From NCBI GenBank assembly GCA_964622095.1, contig CAZUPP010000004.1:89243-153242 (forward strand): a stretch of DNA of 64,000 bases, read 5' to 3'. Source of the stretch: an uncultured Verrucomicrobiales bacterium (lineage in GTDB: Bacteria > Verrucomicrobiota > Verrucomicrobiia > Verrucomicrobiales > CAZUPP01). Both the position numbers and the translations under genes were made by a program. Below are positions 1 through 9,460 of the stretch, piece by piece (the stretch's first letter is position 1; each line of letters starts with the position of its first letter). The notes beneath the pieces were generated by a model. It was not told the DNA's origin, made no database searches, and saw only the letters and a program-made list of their open reading frames with translations.

Positions 1-119
1 CGGTTGGAATCAGCGAGATCAAAACCAGACTTGGTGCAGGCGGAAAGGATGATCAGGGCGAGGGACGCGATAAGAGTCGCGACCACGGTGCTCAGTCCTC
101 GATCTTTGGTAGGAGTCAT
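1..119 (-). CDS. Lipoprotein, N-terminal fragment (gene runs off the left edge)
   Basis: My own translation of the reverse strand from the ATG (cat at 117-119) gives MTPTKDRGLSTVVATLIASLALIILSACTKSGFDLADSN. It has a basic n-region, a hydrophobic core and lipobox L-S-A-C. The window edge truncates it, so it is absent from the ORF track. Confidence 0.45.
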   Translation of the reverse strand, partial: MTPTKDRGLSTVVATLIASLALIILSACTKSGFDLADSN

Positions 120-219
120 ATGCGTGGTTGTAGGGCGATAGTTTCAGGTGCATAGCCGACCAGGTCGGCGCCATTACCAAAGGAAAATGACGGGAGCGCT
201 CCCGTGCGACAAGCTAAAT

Positions 220-1497
220 TCACAGCCGGATTTCTTTATCCGTCTGCAAAAGCGCCTGAAGAACGGGACCCACCTTGCTTTTGAACTGAAAGAAACCGCG
301 TTGGGCAAGGGGATAGAGCTGCTCATCCCAGTCCCGGCGCAGGCGGTAAAGCGGTGGCAGGTCTTTCTGCCCGGCATGTGTTTCGCGCAGCCGGGAAACC
401 GTTTCCTGCCAGGGCCCAACCGGCGGCTGGATGACCGCGATGCCGTCATAGTCACCGCTCCTGGCGGTCTCGAGCACAGAGTCAACCCAGCGCCCGGGAT
501 CCAGCTCAAGAGCGTCCGCCTCGAAATGACTCGCCGCCTGCTCAAGGCCCTGGCGCAGGCAACCCGCTTCGAACTCGCACACCTGAGCGGACAGGCTCAT
601 CGATTCTTCGGCGTCATGATCCGGGGATGCGGCAACCGCTTTCACGGCCAGTCTGGCGAAATCATCAAGATGCGGTGAAACATCATCGCCCGTGATCAGA
701 AGGAGAAGCCGCTCCCCTTCAGCGGCAGCGCGCATTTCTCCACGGTAATCTTCCAGCGGTGCGGCTTTGGGGTGGCCGGGAAACGGCGGCGGCTCCGGGG
801 ACTCGTTGAGCTGACCTTCCGGCGAGAACTGGCCGGCGGTGAACTTCGAGATGTTGCTGGCTCGCGCCGTGTAGATTTTGTTGGCTGTCTGCAGGCCGGC
901 GACCCATTTCCAGCCGAGGGTGTTCGAAGCGGGGTCACCATCCAGCAGGTGCTGATAGAAGAAATCCGCCCCCAGAGCCCACGGCAATTCCAGGGTATGC
1001 ACCCAGATGCTGGCAAACCACATGCGGGTATGGTTGTGCAGATAGCCGGTCTCCTTCAGCTCACCGGTCCACGTGTCAAAGCATTCGATTCCCGTCCCAC
1101 CATTGACCGCGGTTTCATAGCGTTCCGCCAGATCGCCATAGCGTTCCAGCCGGGCACGTTGCTCCCTGACTTCCGCGCGATAACCCGCCCACACGCTTGG
1201 CCGCATCTCCAGCCAGCCTTTCCAATAGGTCCGCCACACGACTTCCTGCACGAATTTCTCCACTGTGCTCGGCGCAAACTTCTCTAGCACCGTATCGATG
1301 ACCTCGCGCTCCAGAATAATCCGGCGCCGGATCCATGGCGAAAGCTCCGAGACGTTCTCACGCCGGTCCGGGCCGAAGTCAAAGTTGCGCTCTTTGCTGT
1401 ATTTGCCGGCGTTCGGGACAAAGGCACGCAGGCGGTTGAGGGCTGCTTCGCGAGAGGGTTTCCATGTTGGGCCGGCGAGGGTTGAAGCACTGTCCAT
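220..1497 (-). CDS. Photolyase/cryptochrome-superfamily flavoprotein with inverted domain order (NewPHL-like)
   Basis: 425-aa ORF with an ATG start. Residues ~10-225 carry photolyase FAD-binding-domain hallmarks (SELSPWIRRRII; EVVWRTYWKGW; TGIECFDTWTGELKETGYLHNHTRMWFASIW; LLDGDPASNTLGWKWVAG), but at the N-terminus. The C-terminal ~190 aa reads like the alpha/beta domain that is normally N-terminal (LLLLITGDDVSPHL ... RGFFQFKSK). Antisense ORFs 148-678 and 772-1287 are judged spurious. Confidence 0.75.
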   Translation of the reverse strand: MDSASTLAGPTWKPSREAALNRLRAFVPNAGKYSKERNFDFGPDRRENVSELSPWIRRRIILEREVIDTVLEKFAPSTVEKFVQEVVWRTYWKGWLEMRPSVWAGYRAEVREQRARLERYGDLAERYETAVNGGTGIECFDTWTGELKETGYLHNHTRMWFASIWVHTLELPWALGADFFYQHLLDGDPASNTLGWKWVAGLQTANKIYTARASNISKFTAGQFSPEGQLNESPEPPPFPGHPKAAPLEDYRGEMRAAAEGERLLLLITGDDVSPHLDDFARLAVKAVAASPDHDAEESMSLSAQVCEFEAGCLRQGLEQAASHFEADALELDPGRWVDSVLETARSGDYDGIAVIQPPVGPWQETVSRLRETHAGQKDLPPLYRLRRDWDEQLYPLAQRGFFQFKSKVGPVLQALLQTDKEIRL

Positions 1498-1577
1498 GCT
1501 CTCACTTACGCACGGGAGTAAGTATTGACGTGCCGGGCAACCTGATTTTGCCTTGCTTCAGGTGTAAGAAGGCAGGT

Positions 1578-2432
1578 ATGGCGGAAGCGATTGGTAGTAT
1601 TCTGAAGCGAGAGCGCGAAGCGCGACGGCTGACCATCGAAGAGGTGGCCCATGAGCTGCGCATGAAATCATCGCGCGTCGTGGACCTGGAAAATGATCGC
1701 TACACGGATTTTCCGAACCCGATCTATGCGCGGCTTTTCTTCACACGCTACTGCCGCTTCCTGGACATTCAGGTGACCCGGGATATCGAGCAGCTCTTCC
1801 CGGATGACCTTGCCGGGATGGATGACTACGATTACATCCGCAAAAAGCCGCACCGGGTGAAGCGCCCGGCACGTCTGAAGCGCAGCCGCTCATTGGCCGT
1901 CGCCGCTTTTGTGGGCACGCTTCTGCTCCTGGTCACAGCGCTGGCCGGCATTGCGGTTTTCTGGACCGTGGAGCAGTTGGGCGATATTCGTACGCGGATC
2001 GAGCAACGCGCTGAGGAGAAGCGCGCCGAACTGGATGCAAAAGACGCCTCGATGCTGCAGGCACCGGAGCTTGATCCAGAGGCGCCCCCCGCGCCAGAAA
2101 CCGCGAGCAAACCAGCGGAGGCGAATGACGAGCGCGAAGTCGTGCAAGACGTCGTTGCGGAGATTGCCGCAGGCGAAACGGAAGCGGCCCCAGCTGAGTT
2201 GACCACGGAGCAATTGGCCGATCTGCGGCAACAGATTGAGGGGCCGAGTGAAGTCGTCGATGAAGGCGTTGGCGCACGCGAACGGTTGCCAGACGAAACT
2301 GGTCAGGAAGAAGAGGCCGGGCTGGCAGAAGAAGGTGCCGGAGATGGGCGGTCCACTGATGGGACCGTGGAGCCTGAAATTCCTGAGCTGGTTTTTCCAG
2401 AACTCGAATCTCAAGGTACGGAAAGCGAGTGA
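1578..2432 (+). CDS. RodZ-like HTH (XRE/HTH_25) membrane protein with acidic low-complexity C-terminus
   Basis: Start moved to ATG 1578 (MAEAIGSILKREREARRLTIEEVAHELRMKSSRVVDLEND). An N-terminal helix-turn-helix is followed by one TM segment (LAVAAFVGTLLLLVTALAGIAVFW) and an E/A/P-rich tail. No DUF4115-like C-domain is recognisable. Confidence 0.6.
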   Translation: MAEAIGSILKREREARRLTIEEVAHELRMKSSRVVDLENDRYTDFPNPIYARLFFTRYCRFLDIQVTRDIEQLFPDDLAGMDDYDYIRKKPHRVKRPARLKRSRSLAVAAFVGTLLLLVTALAGIAVFWTVEQLGDIRTRIEQRAEEKRAELDAKDASMLQAPELDPEAPPAPETASKPAEANDEREVVQDVVAEIAAGETEAAPAELTTEQLADLRQQIEGPSEVVDEGVGARERLPDETGQEEEAGLAEEGAGDGRSTDGTVEPEIPELVFPELESQGTESE

Positions 2433-2446
2433 CGGTCCACCAGCAG

Positions 2447-3940
2447 CTAGTCCGCAAACTCACCATAAACAATGAGTTGGGGCGGCATTTCACCGGAATC
2501 AGAGTGAAAAGTCGCTGTCGCGTTTGTTGGGACGGGATTGTCAAGGGTCACCGTCAGGACTGGTTCGTTGCTGGAGGTGAGCGCCTTTTGGGTGCTTTCC
2601 GTCAGGCTGACTGAGGTCCATTCTTCCCGTTCGTTATCATTCACGGTGAGGGGAATTTCTCTCTCGCCGATCTCCAAATGAATTCGGATATCTTCCTTCT
2701 GATTGCTTTTCCCGAACATGAAGAGTTCAGCATGGGAAATTCGCTTAATTGAGGTAAGCGGGAATTTCAGAATAGTACAGCTGGAAATCTCGGTGTTTTT
2801 TCCGGCGATAGTGATTAATTTGGCATCGTTGCCTTGATCTTCAGTGTCTGCTTCGGTGGTCACCTCTGTCGCTCTCACCGATGGTGTATTGATTAAAGCT
2901 TGAGAAGGTTGAATAACCCGGACGGCCGGTCTTGAAGCCTTCGCATGCAGATAAAGCGGGGAGCGCAGTTCTTCCTGAAGTAACTCCGTCACCACGGGAT
3001 CGTTCTGGATCCGGCAATCACCCCAATCTGACCAGCCCTGCGTGACATAGGGAATCCAATTTCGATTTATATAAATAAAGGCCTTAATCGAAGGATGCTC
3101 GCGGATGAGCCGGAAATAGTGCGCAAACCAGTTATCCCAGCTTTTCCGGCCATTCCCGGTGCCAACACCCTGTGCGGTGCTTTCGCCGATCATCACAGGT
3201 TTTTTGGCCTCCAGCGCCTTATCGAGATACCCTGTCGTGCGGCTATATTGTCCATGAGAGGAATCAATAAAACGCCGCTCAAATAAGTCGATGCTCCACC
3301 AGTCTATGATGTCGCAGGCCGGATCCGGATTTTCGTAGGTGCCCTGACCCGGATAAAAATGGGGAATCTTATGGGCATCAATTGGGACGATACACCAGAC
3401 CACCGCGATCGAGTCTGATTGATCGTGAAAGATTCTTGCGATGCGCTGGAAGGCAGGAGTGTAGGTTTCTGGTCGATATTCGTTCCAGAAACCGTTTGCT
3501 TCATAGCCAATACGAACAAAAATCCGGCGGCCGGTTTCGTTCAGGGCGTTGGTAAGGGCAACAATAGCTTCGTCATGCTTGCCATCGATGATCTCCTGTT
3601 CGTGATCTTTCATCGAGAGGCCGATCTGCAGCATCATTCCTTCTGGGTAGCGCTGCAGAATTGCTTCCCATTCTGCGACTTGTTCGCGCATGCGTTCAGG
3701 TGAACGGTTCGCCGCGGTGTAGGTGTTATACATGCACGGGTGCACCTCAGGGCCGACGGCGGCGACATAGTTGGCCAGCTCAATTTCCCGGGACTGGCCC
3801 GCCCCATGGATGACCGTAGCCTCCCGTTCATGAAGAGCGCCGAAATGTTCACGCGGCGTAAAAGCAGTGTCTTCAGCTGAAGCTTTCAGAAGTGTGCCGG
3901 AGCAAGAGAACAGCAGGCAAACGATAAAGACAAAGCGCAT
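2447..3940 (-). CDS. Secreted glycoside hydrolase, clan GH-A TIM barrel (GH26-like), with C-terminal beta-sandwich domain
   Basis: Start moved to ATG 3940, giving signal peptide MRFVFIVCLLFSCSGTLLKASA. VRIGYEANGFWNEY and PVMIGESTAQG resemble the acid/base and nucleophile strands of GH-A enzymes (GH26-like). The family cannot be assigned by eye. The C-terminal ~150 aa (TILKFPLTSIKRISHAELFMF...) resembles a DNRLRE/CBM-like domain. Confidence 0.55.
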   Translation of the reverse strand: MRFVFIVCLLFSCSGTLLKASAEDTAFTPREHFGALHEREATVIHGAGQSREIELANYVAAVGPEVHPCMYNTYTAANRSPERMREQVAEWEAILQRYPEGMMLQIGLSMKDHEQEIIDGKHDEAIVALTNALNETGRRIFVRIGYEANGFWNEYRPETYTPAFQRIARIFHDQSDSIAVVWCIVPIDAHKIPHFYPGQGTYENPDPACDIIDWWSIDLFERRFIDSSHGQYSRTTGYLDKALEAKKPVMIGESTAQGVGTGNGRKSWDNWFAHYFRLIREHPSIKAFIYINRNWIPYVTQGWSDWGDCRIQNDPVVTELLQEELRSPLYLHAKASRPAVRVIQPSQALINTPSVRATEVTTEADTEDQGNDAKLITIAGKNTEISSCTILKFPLTSIKRISHAELFMFGKSNQKEDIRIHLEIGEREIPLTVNDNEREEWTSVSLTESTQKALTSSNEPVLTVTLDNPVPTNATATFHSDSGEMPPQLIVYGEFAD

Positions 3941-4024
3941 AACTACCGGGCAGGGGAATAAGGTTGCGCCAGATTGCTGGCATGTTATCAATCCCGCCTC
4001 AAGGCGAAATCCTGTGAAATTCTA

Positions 4025-5278
4025 ATGGCAACTCCAAAACCGACACCCCTGGGACTGAAAAAATCATTTGGCTATGGCGACCGGCTTGGGCTGGCGACGC
4101 CTGGTCATCTGGCTTGCGCCGAAAAATGGGACTACGCGCCGATTTTTGCGCAACAGTCTATCCGCGAAATGACGCGCACGCAGCGCACCCCTCAGGAGGT
4201 TATGGCGGCGGCAACCGCTGCCCTCGAAGCGGGGGGCTGGACGGATAACTGGGGCGCGGATGCGGACCATCTCAAGAACGAGGATGACGTGCGCAAAACT
4301 TTCGAAGCCGGTTTTTGCTTCTTTACCATTGACCCCAGTGACTACGTCGAAAACCGGGCGGACTCCATGAACCAGGAGGAGTTGGCGAAACACGTCGCTC
4401 AATATACCGCGGATGGCGTTCTGCCGGAAGATCTGCCGGCGCTTTATGAAGGAAAAGTCTATGAGGTATTGCCCTCCTTCCGGCTGGAATTCAGCGCAGA
4501 GAGTCTCTACCGCGCGGCGGTCAAGTATGGCCGGGCCATTGCGCACTGTGAGCAGATGGCGAAAAGCATCCGCGAGATCTGTGGCAGTCACCGGCACGAG
4601 ATCGAGGTTTCGGTTGATGAAACGGAAACGCCCACCGCTCCGATCGAGCACCTGTTTTTCGGTCTGGAATTGAAACGGCGAAATGTTTTTGTCGTGAGCC
4701 TGGCTCCGCGTTTCATCGGGGATTTTGAGAAGGGGATCGACTACAAAGGTAATCTGGCCAAGTTCGAAGACAACGTTGAAAAGCACGTGGCGATCGCGAA
4801 GTTTTGCGGCCCCTATAAACTCAGTATACACAGCGGCAGTGATAAACTGAGTATTTATCCTATACTCGGACGAGTCTGTGGAGAGCTCATCCATGTCAAG
4901 ACGGCCGGGACCAGTTACCTGGAAGCGCTTCGCGTGGTGCTCCACGCGGACATGAAGCTGTTCCGGGAAATCCTTTCGTATTCCCTCAGCCGCTTTGATG
5001 AAGATAAGGCCACTTATCATATATCCACCAAACTCGAAGATGTCGCGCAGATCATGGACACACCGGATTCTGACCTGGAACGGCTCTGTTTTGGTGTAAA
5101 TAGCGGCCGGCAGCTTTTACATGTCACCTTCGGCTCCGTTTTGACGAAAGGTCAGCGGGAAAATGGGGATTCCTTTAAGTCCGGCATCATGCAGGCTCTC
5201 GAAGAAAACCATCAAATGCATGCCGATTTTCTGGAGCGGCATTTCGATCAGCATCTCAGTGCCCTCAATGCGGGTTAA
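4025..5278 (+). CDS. uxaE: Tagaturonate/fructuronate epimerase
   Basis: Start moved to ATG 4025. FGYGDRLGLATPGH, IFAQQSIREMTRTQRTP, GADADHLK, LSIHSGSDKLS and HVKTAGTSYLEA fit the UxaE family as I recall it. Antisense ORF 4064-5020 is judged spurious. Confidence 0.7.
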   Translation: MATPKPTPLGLKKSFGYGDRLGLATPGHLACAEKWDYAPIFAQQSIREMTRTQRTPQEVMAAATAALEAGGWTDNWGADADHLKNEDDVRKTFEAGFCFFTIDPSDYVENRADSMNQEELAKHVAQYTADGVLPEDLPALYEGKVYEVLPSFRLEFSAESLYRAAVKYGRAIAHCEQMAKSIREICGSHRHEIEVSVDETETPTAPIEHLFFGLELKRRNVFVVSLAPRFIGDFEKGIDYKGNLAKFEDNVEKHVAIAKFCGPYKLSIHSGSDKLSIYPILGRVCGELIHVKTAGTSYLEALRVVLHADMKLFREILSYSLSRFDEDKATYHISTKLEDVAQIMDTPDSDLERLCFGVNSGRQLLHVTFGSVLTKGQRENGDSFKSGIMQALEENHQMHADFLERHFDQHLSALNAG

Positions 5279-5288
5279 CGCTGACTGA

Positions 5289-6197
5289 CTAGCCGGTCGC
5301 CGCCTCCAGAATACGCGTGTCGTGGATGATCGAGTAAATGAAGTTTGGATATTTCGGTGCCCATCCGGTGTGCTGCAATTTCTTGGAGGATACTCTTTTA
5401 TTGGTCACACCGCGTTTCCGGTCGGGATCAGCGGAGCCCTCAGGCGGCAGGGGCCTTTCCAGAAGCTGAGCGAGCTGCTGGTAACAATCGCGCTGCGTGA
5501 TGGGATGGCCATCGCTCACATTATAGATTCCCGGAGCTGCCCTCAGCAGATGATCGATGGCGGTCGCCGCGTCATCGCGATGGATCTGGTTGAGGTAACG
5601 ATGCCCGCCATCCTCAATCACCGCCTCTCCCGCCAGATATTTATTGAGAATAACTGATCTCCCCGGACCGTATATGCCGGCCAGGCGGGCTACCGCGCCG
5701 TTAGCGGCAAGCACCGTTTCTTCAGCTTCCCGAAGAATTTGCCCGGTTTCCCGCTCCGGTTTGGCGGAGCTTTCTTCACTAACCTCTTCACCGGCTGACT
5801 GCGCATAAACTGAGGTGCTGCTCGTGAAGATAAGGCGGCTTCCAGGAAAGAGGCCGGCGAGATTTCTCGCGCCGAAAAGAAAGACGTGCCGATACGCTTC
5901 CACCCCGCCCCGGCCGGAACTTGCGCAGTGCACGACGGTGCCCGGTGAGAAGCCACTTTCGGCGATCGCATTTTTGATCGTCGCAGCATCGCCAAGATCG
6001 GCGGCGCGCACCGGAAAACCCAGGCGATTTTCAATATTCGTCGCCGATTCCGCGGAATGGGTCAGGCCCATTACTTGGACGCCATTCGCCATTAATTGGC
6101 GCGCAAGCTCGAGGCCCAGATAGCCACATCCTGCGATAAGAACGCTGGATGAAGCCAAATCGCTCTTTCTGGGTGAATTTACCCCGTCGTCGGCCAT
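5289..6197 (-). CDS. NAD(P)-dependent epimerase/dehydratase-family (extended SDR) protein
   Basis: Rossmann motif VLIAGCGYLGLELARQL lies near the N-terminus once the start is moved to ATG 6197. The longer track ORF (to 6371) would overlap the upstream antiporter gene by ~190 nt. Confidence 0.65.
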   Translation of the reverse strand: MADDGVNSPRKSDLASSSVLIAGCGYLGLELARQLMANGVQVMGLTHSAESATNIENRLGFPVRAADLGDAATIKNAIAESGFSPGTVVHCASSGRGGVEAYRHVFLFGARNLAGLFPGSRLIFTSSTSVYAQSAGEEVSEESSAKPERETGQILREAEETVLAANGAVARLAGIYGPGRSVILNKYLAGEAVIEDGGHRYLNQIHRDDAATAIDHLLRAAPGIYNVSDGHPITQRDCYQQLAQLLERPLPPEGSADPDRKRGVTNKRVSSKKLQHTGWAPKYPNFIYSIIHDTRILEAATG

Positions 6198-7162
6198 AAA
6201 AAAATCACATAGATTACATAGATGCTGATAAGGACCACCCCTTCCCATCGAACCAGTTTTTGCCCGGTAAAGGCAAAGGGCAACAGGAGCGCCGTCAGCC
6301 CGGTCATAAATCCCAGATCCAGAAACGATACAGATACTGAAAGGGGTGCGCTGACATTCACCAAACCGCACACTCCCAGTATACCGGCCAAATTGAATAT
6401 GTTTGAGCCAATAATGTTGCCCAGACAGATCTCAGGCTGGCCTTTCCGGGCGGCGACTACGGACGCCGCCAATTCCGGCAGGCTCGTCCCAGCCGCCACG
6501 ATCGTCAACGCGATGATCGCGTCACTGACCCCCAGAAGTTGCGCCAGTCGCGTAGATGAATTCACCAGTAAATCTGAACCCGCCAACAGCAGGGCAAATC
6601 CGGCAGTGATAAGAATCAGCAGAAACCACGCTGGCTTTTTGTGCTCCTCCCTCGGAGTTATCGCGTGGTCCGGCTCCCCTTTCGCACTGTCCTGAGCGGT
6701 GACCGTCTCGTTTCCTCGCCTTGCCGTGCATAGACTGTAGGTCACGTACAATATCAGGATGGCTATAAAGGTTACTCCCTCCCAGAATCCATAGAGACGG
6801 TCTCCCAGAAAGACGAAGGCCAGAACGGTGGCCCCGAGCATCACCGGTGCGTCGACTCGAAAAATCTGCCGGTCCACCTGAAACGGTGAAATAAGCGCCG
6901 CCAGCCCCAGTATGATTGCGATGTTGAAAATGTTCGAACCAACGACATTTCCGAAAGCGATGTCTGGATGTCCGGTGAAGGTCGCATTCAGGCTGACCAA
7001 TAATTCAGGAGCGCTCGTCCCGATCGCGACAATCGTCAGACCAATAACCAGCGGTGACACCCCCAGACGGCTGGCCAGACGCGCTGATCCACTGACCAGA
7101 AGATTCGCGCCGAAGATCAGCAGCCCGAACGAAAAGAAGAAAAGCAGCAGATTGGCAATCAA
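6179..7162 (-). CDS. Ca2+/Na+ antiporter (CaCA family, YrbG-like)
   Basis: About 10 TM segments with two alpha-repeats (IGTSAPELLVS and AGTSLPELAAS). The TTG start overlaps the upstream stop (TTGA). Confidence 0.8.
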   Translation of the reverse strand: MIANLLLFFFSFGLLIFGANLLVSGSARLASRLGVSPLVIGLTIVAIGTSAPELLVSLNATFTGHPDIAFGNVVGSNIFNIAIILGLAALISPFQVDRQIFRVDAPVMLGATVLAFVFLGDRLYGFWEGVTFIAILILYVTYSLCTARRGNETVTAQDSAKGEPDHAITPREEHKKPAWFLLILITAGFALLLAGSDLLVNSSTRLAQLLGVSDAIIALTIVAAGTSLPELAASVVAARKGQPEICLGNIIGSNIFNLAGILGVCGLVNVSAPLSVSVSFLDLGFMTGLTALLLPFAFTGQKLVRWEGVVLISIYVIYVIFLWPTTG

Positions 7163-8451
7163 GCTTCTTCCCTCGCCTTCTGATAGTATTCCGCTAATCC
7201 CTCTGCCACGGAGTCAGCATACTCACGGAATATGCTTTTTTTCAGCTGACCTTCCACGTTTCTTACCCCGGAGTAATCTCCCATCTGAATTCGTTCATAG
7301 GTCCTCTTGGCGTTCATGACATAGGGCTCCAGATAAATGACCGGGCACTGGAAAAGCCGGTTGGCCCGGAGATTGCGTTTCCATACATATCGATTACCTG
7401 GAAGCTGACGGGCGTTGTCACCGGGATAACGATACGCTGGCAGCCCATTCGCTTTAGCCATCGCGGGGGCTACGACTTTGGCGATCTCCGCTTCCTGGAA
7501 GTGAGAGCCATTTAACAGTTTCAGCAGCATTTCAAAGCGCTGATCATCGTAGCTCAATTCTTTTTCACTGTAGGTGCCGTGGATCAGGATATGAAAATGG
7601 TCGCGTGCGGTCAGGTCCGGGTCAGCTGGATCTCCCCACGGTTCAGCGTTAAAGTGCAATGCCAAAACCAGATCGGGCTGCAGCTCGGTGTTTACCTTTT
7701 CCGCGCGTGTATCGATTTCGCTGTAGCGATAAAATATTAACTCGGCCATGCCTTGCACCGTGGTCGAGCGGTTGAAAGGTTGATCGTCATAATTCTGCCG
7801 GGGATTCTTTACACCTCGCCGCTCTAATTCCGCGCGGGCTTCCTCGTAAAATGTCTCCGGGCGAGCTGAGGTCACCGGCCCGTCACCTTTTCGGGTGTAG
7901 GTCACTTTGGCTCCCAGATCCTTCAGACGGCGTTCCAGATGGTTGGCCACGATCATCACCATATCCCCTTCCATAACCGGATCAGCTTCACCGATCTGAA
8001 ACCAGCGCTCCTCCAGCTTCGCCCATGGTCCTCCCAGGTGACCCGGGTCAAGCGTGATATGGACGCCGTCGAGGGGCTTTTTCTCAAGCTTCTTTACGGG
8101 CTCCAGTTCCCACGTCGCCTTCCAGTACCGCGGTGGCTTTGTGCGAAGATTACGATTTTCCGCAAAACGTATTTTCATCCAGTCATCGCCTCTGTCCCAT
8201 TTTTTCACCTGGAAGCCGTCATCTTCCATCTTGAAGAACTCCTTCCAATTCCCGCCCGGAGCATAGACCTTGGTCAGCAGGTAGGTGAAATCTTCCCGGG
8301 TCACCACGCCGTGGTATTCCTCAAGCGCATTCCAGTCCGGCATTTTGGCGAGGACGCTCAGGTTTGGCTGTTGCGCGTTCGTGGAGTGAATCCAGAAAAC
8401 GCTGCCAGCGGTGGCAAGAAGGGCACAGACAAAGGACAGAATGGTTCTCAT
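7159..8451 (-). CDS. N-acetylmuramoyl-L-alanine amidase (Amidase_3-type), secreted
   Basis: Signal peptide MRTILSFVCALLATAGSVFWIHSTNA. ITLDPGHLGGPWA, EGDMVMIVANHLERRLKDLGAKVTYTR and DLVLALHFNA match the Amidase_3 zinc-site pattern. Confidence 0.65.
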   Translation of the reverse strand: MRTILSFVCALLATAGSVFWIHSTNAQQPNLSVLAKMPDWNALEEYHGVVTREDFTYLLTKVYAPGGNWKEFFKMEDDGFQVKKWDRGDDWMKIRFAENRNLRTKPPRYWKATWELEPVKKLEKKPLDGVHITLDPGHLGGPWAKLEERWFQIGEADPVMEGDMVMIVANHLERRLKDLGAKVTYTRKGDGPVTSARPETFYEEARAELERRGVKNPRQNYDDQPFNRSTTVQGMAELIFYRYSEIDTRAEKVNTELQPDLVLALHFNAEPWGDPADPDLTARDHFHILIHGTYSEKELSYDDQRFEMLLKLLNGSHFQEAEIAKVVAPAMAKANGLPAYRYPGDNARQLPGNRYVWKRNLRANRLFQCPVIYLEPYVMNAKRTYERIQMGDYSGVRNVEGQLKKSIFREYADSVAEGLAEYYQKAREEA

Positions 8452-8561
8452 TTGTGGTGATTATAGAAAGTCGCCGAATTTGTCGGCTTTCGGGTCAAAA
8501 GCGTTTGAAGAGGATGAATTCTTTCTAGCCGCTGCCCCGCTCCATGCGTTGTAGTGGGTGC

Positions 8562-9350
8562 ATGTTGAACATTTTGTTCCTCGGCGACGTGGTCGGTCAG
8601 CCCGGCCGTGAAGCAGTCATCGCACAGTTATCCAAACTCAAGGCGGAAAATGCGATCGACTTCACCATCGTCAATGGGGAGAACGCAGCCAATGGACGGG
8701 GGATCACCCGCAAGATCAGCATCGATCTCCTTCGTGCCGGAGCCACCGTCATCACAACGGGGGACCACATCTGGGATCAGCGCGAAACCCCGGAATACAT
8801 CGAGACCGAGCCGCGTCTGCTGCGGCCGCTCAATTTCCCGCCCGGCACCCCGGGTTCAGGCAGCATCGTGCTGGAGACAGAGAAAGGGAAGGTTGGCGTG
8901 ATCAATGTCTGCTGCCGCACCTTCATGCCTCTGCTCCTGGATGACCCTTTTCGCTGCCTGAATGACGAGGTGAACAAGATCCGTCAGGAAACTCCCGTCA
9001 TCTTCGTCGATGTCCACGGCGAGACGACCAGTGAGAAGATCGCCATCGGCCGCTATCTGGATGGCCGGGTTTCCGCTGTGGTAGGCACTCATACCCATGT
9101 GCAGACCGGTGATGAACGCATCTTTGAGGGCGGCACCGCCTTCCTCTGTGATGTCGGGATGTGCGGGGCACGTGAAAGCGTGTTGGGCCGTGAGATTGAG
9201 CCGGTCCTCCAGAAGTTTCTCACCGCGATGCCGGCGCGCTTCAATGTGGCGGGCGGTGATATCCTGCTCTGCGGTTGCATCGTCACCATCGACCCGGAAA
9301 CGGGGCTGGCCTCAAATATCCGCCGGCTCCAGGTCCACCGTCCCAGCTAA
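8562..9350 (+). CDS. ymdB: YmdB-family metallophosphoesterase (TIGR00282-type)
   Basis: MLNILFLGDVVGQPGR..., NGENAANGRGIT, TTGDHIWDQ and VDVHGETTSEK ... GTHTHVQT are typical of YmdB. ATG 8562 is preferred over ATG 8544. Confidence 0.8.
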   Translation: MLNILFLGDVVGQPGREAVIAQLSKLKAENAIDFTIVNGENAANGRGITRKISIDLLRAGATVITTGDHIWDQRETPEYIETEPRLLRPLNFPPGTPGSGSIVLETEKGKVGVINVCCRTFMPLLLDDPFRCLNDEVNKIRQETPVIFVDVHGETTSEKIAIGRYLDGRVSAVVGTHTHVQTGDERIFEGGTAFLCDVGMCGARESVLGREIEPVLQKFLTAMPARFNVAGGDILLCGCIVTIDPETGLASNIRRLQVHRPS

Positions 9351-9460
9351 GGGTTTGGATCAGACCAGACCGCTGAAGAGGCTTGCAGTCTGTTCGCCTT
9401 CCTCAGATGCTGCGCCCTGCCTTTACCACGGTATAGCGGATTTTCTCACCTCTCTATGGC

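Noticed and set aside
5289-6371. 5'-extended versions of track ORFs (5289-6371, 45788-46810, 58859-60256, 3974-5278, 1464-2432)
   Set aside because: The extensions lack homology, overlap neighbouring genes or remove obvious signal peptides. Internal ATGs give canonical N-termini, so the starts were trimmed.
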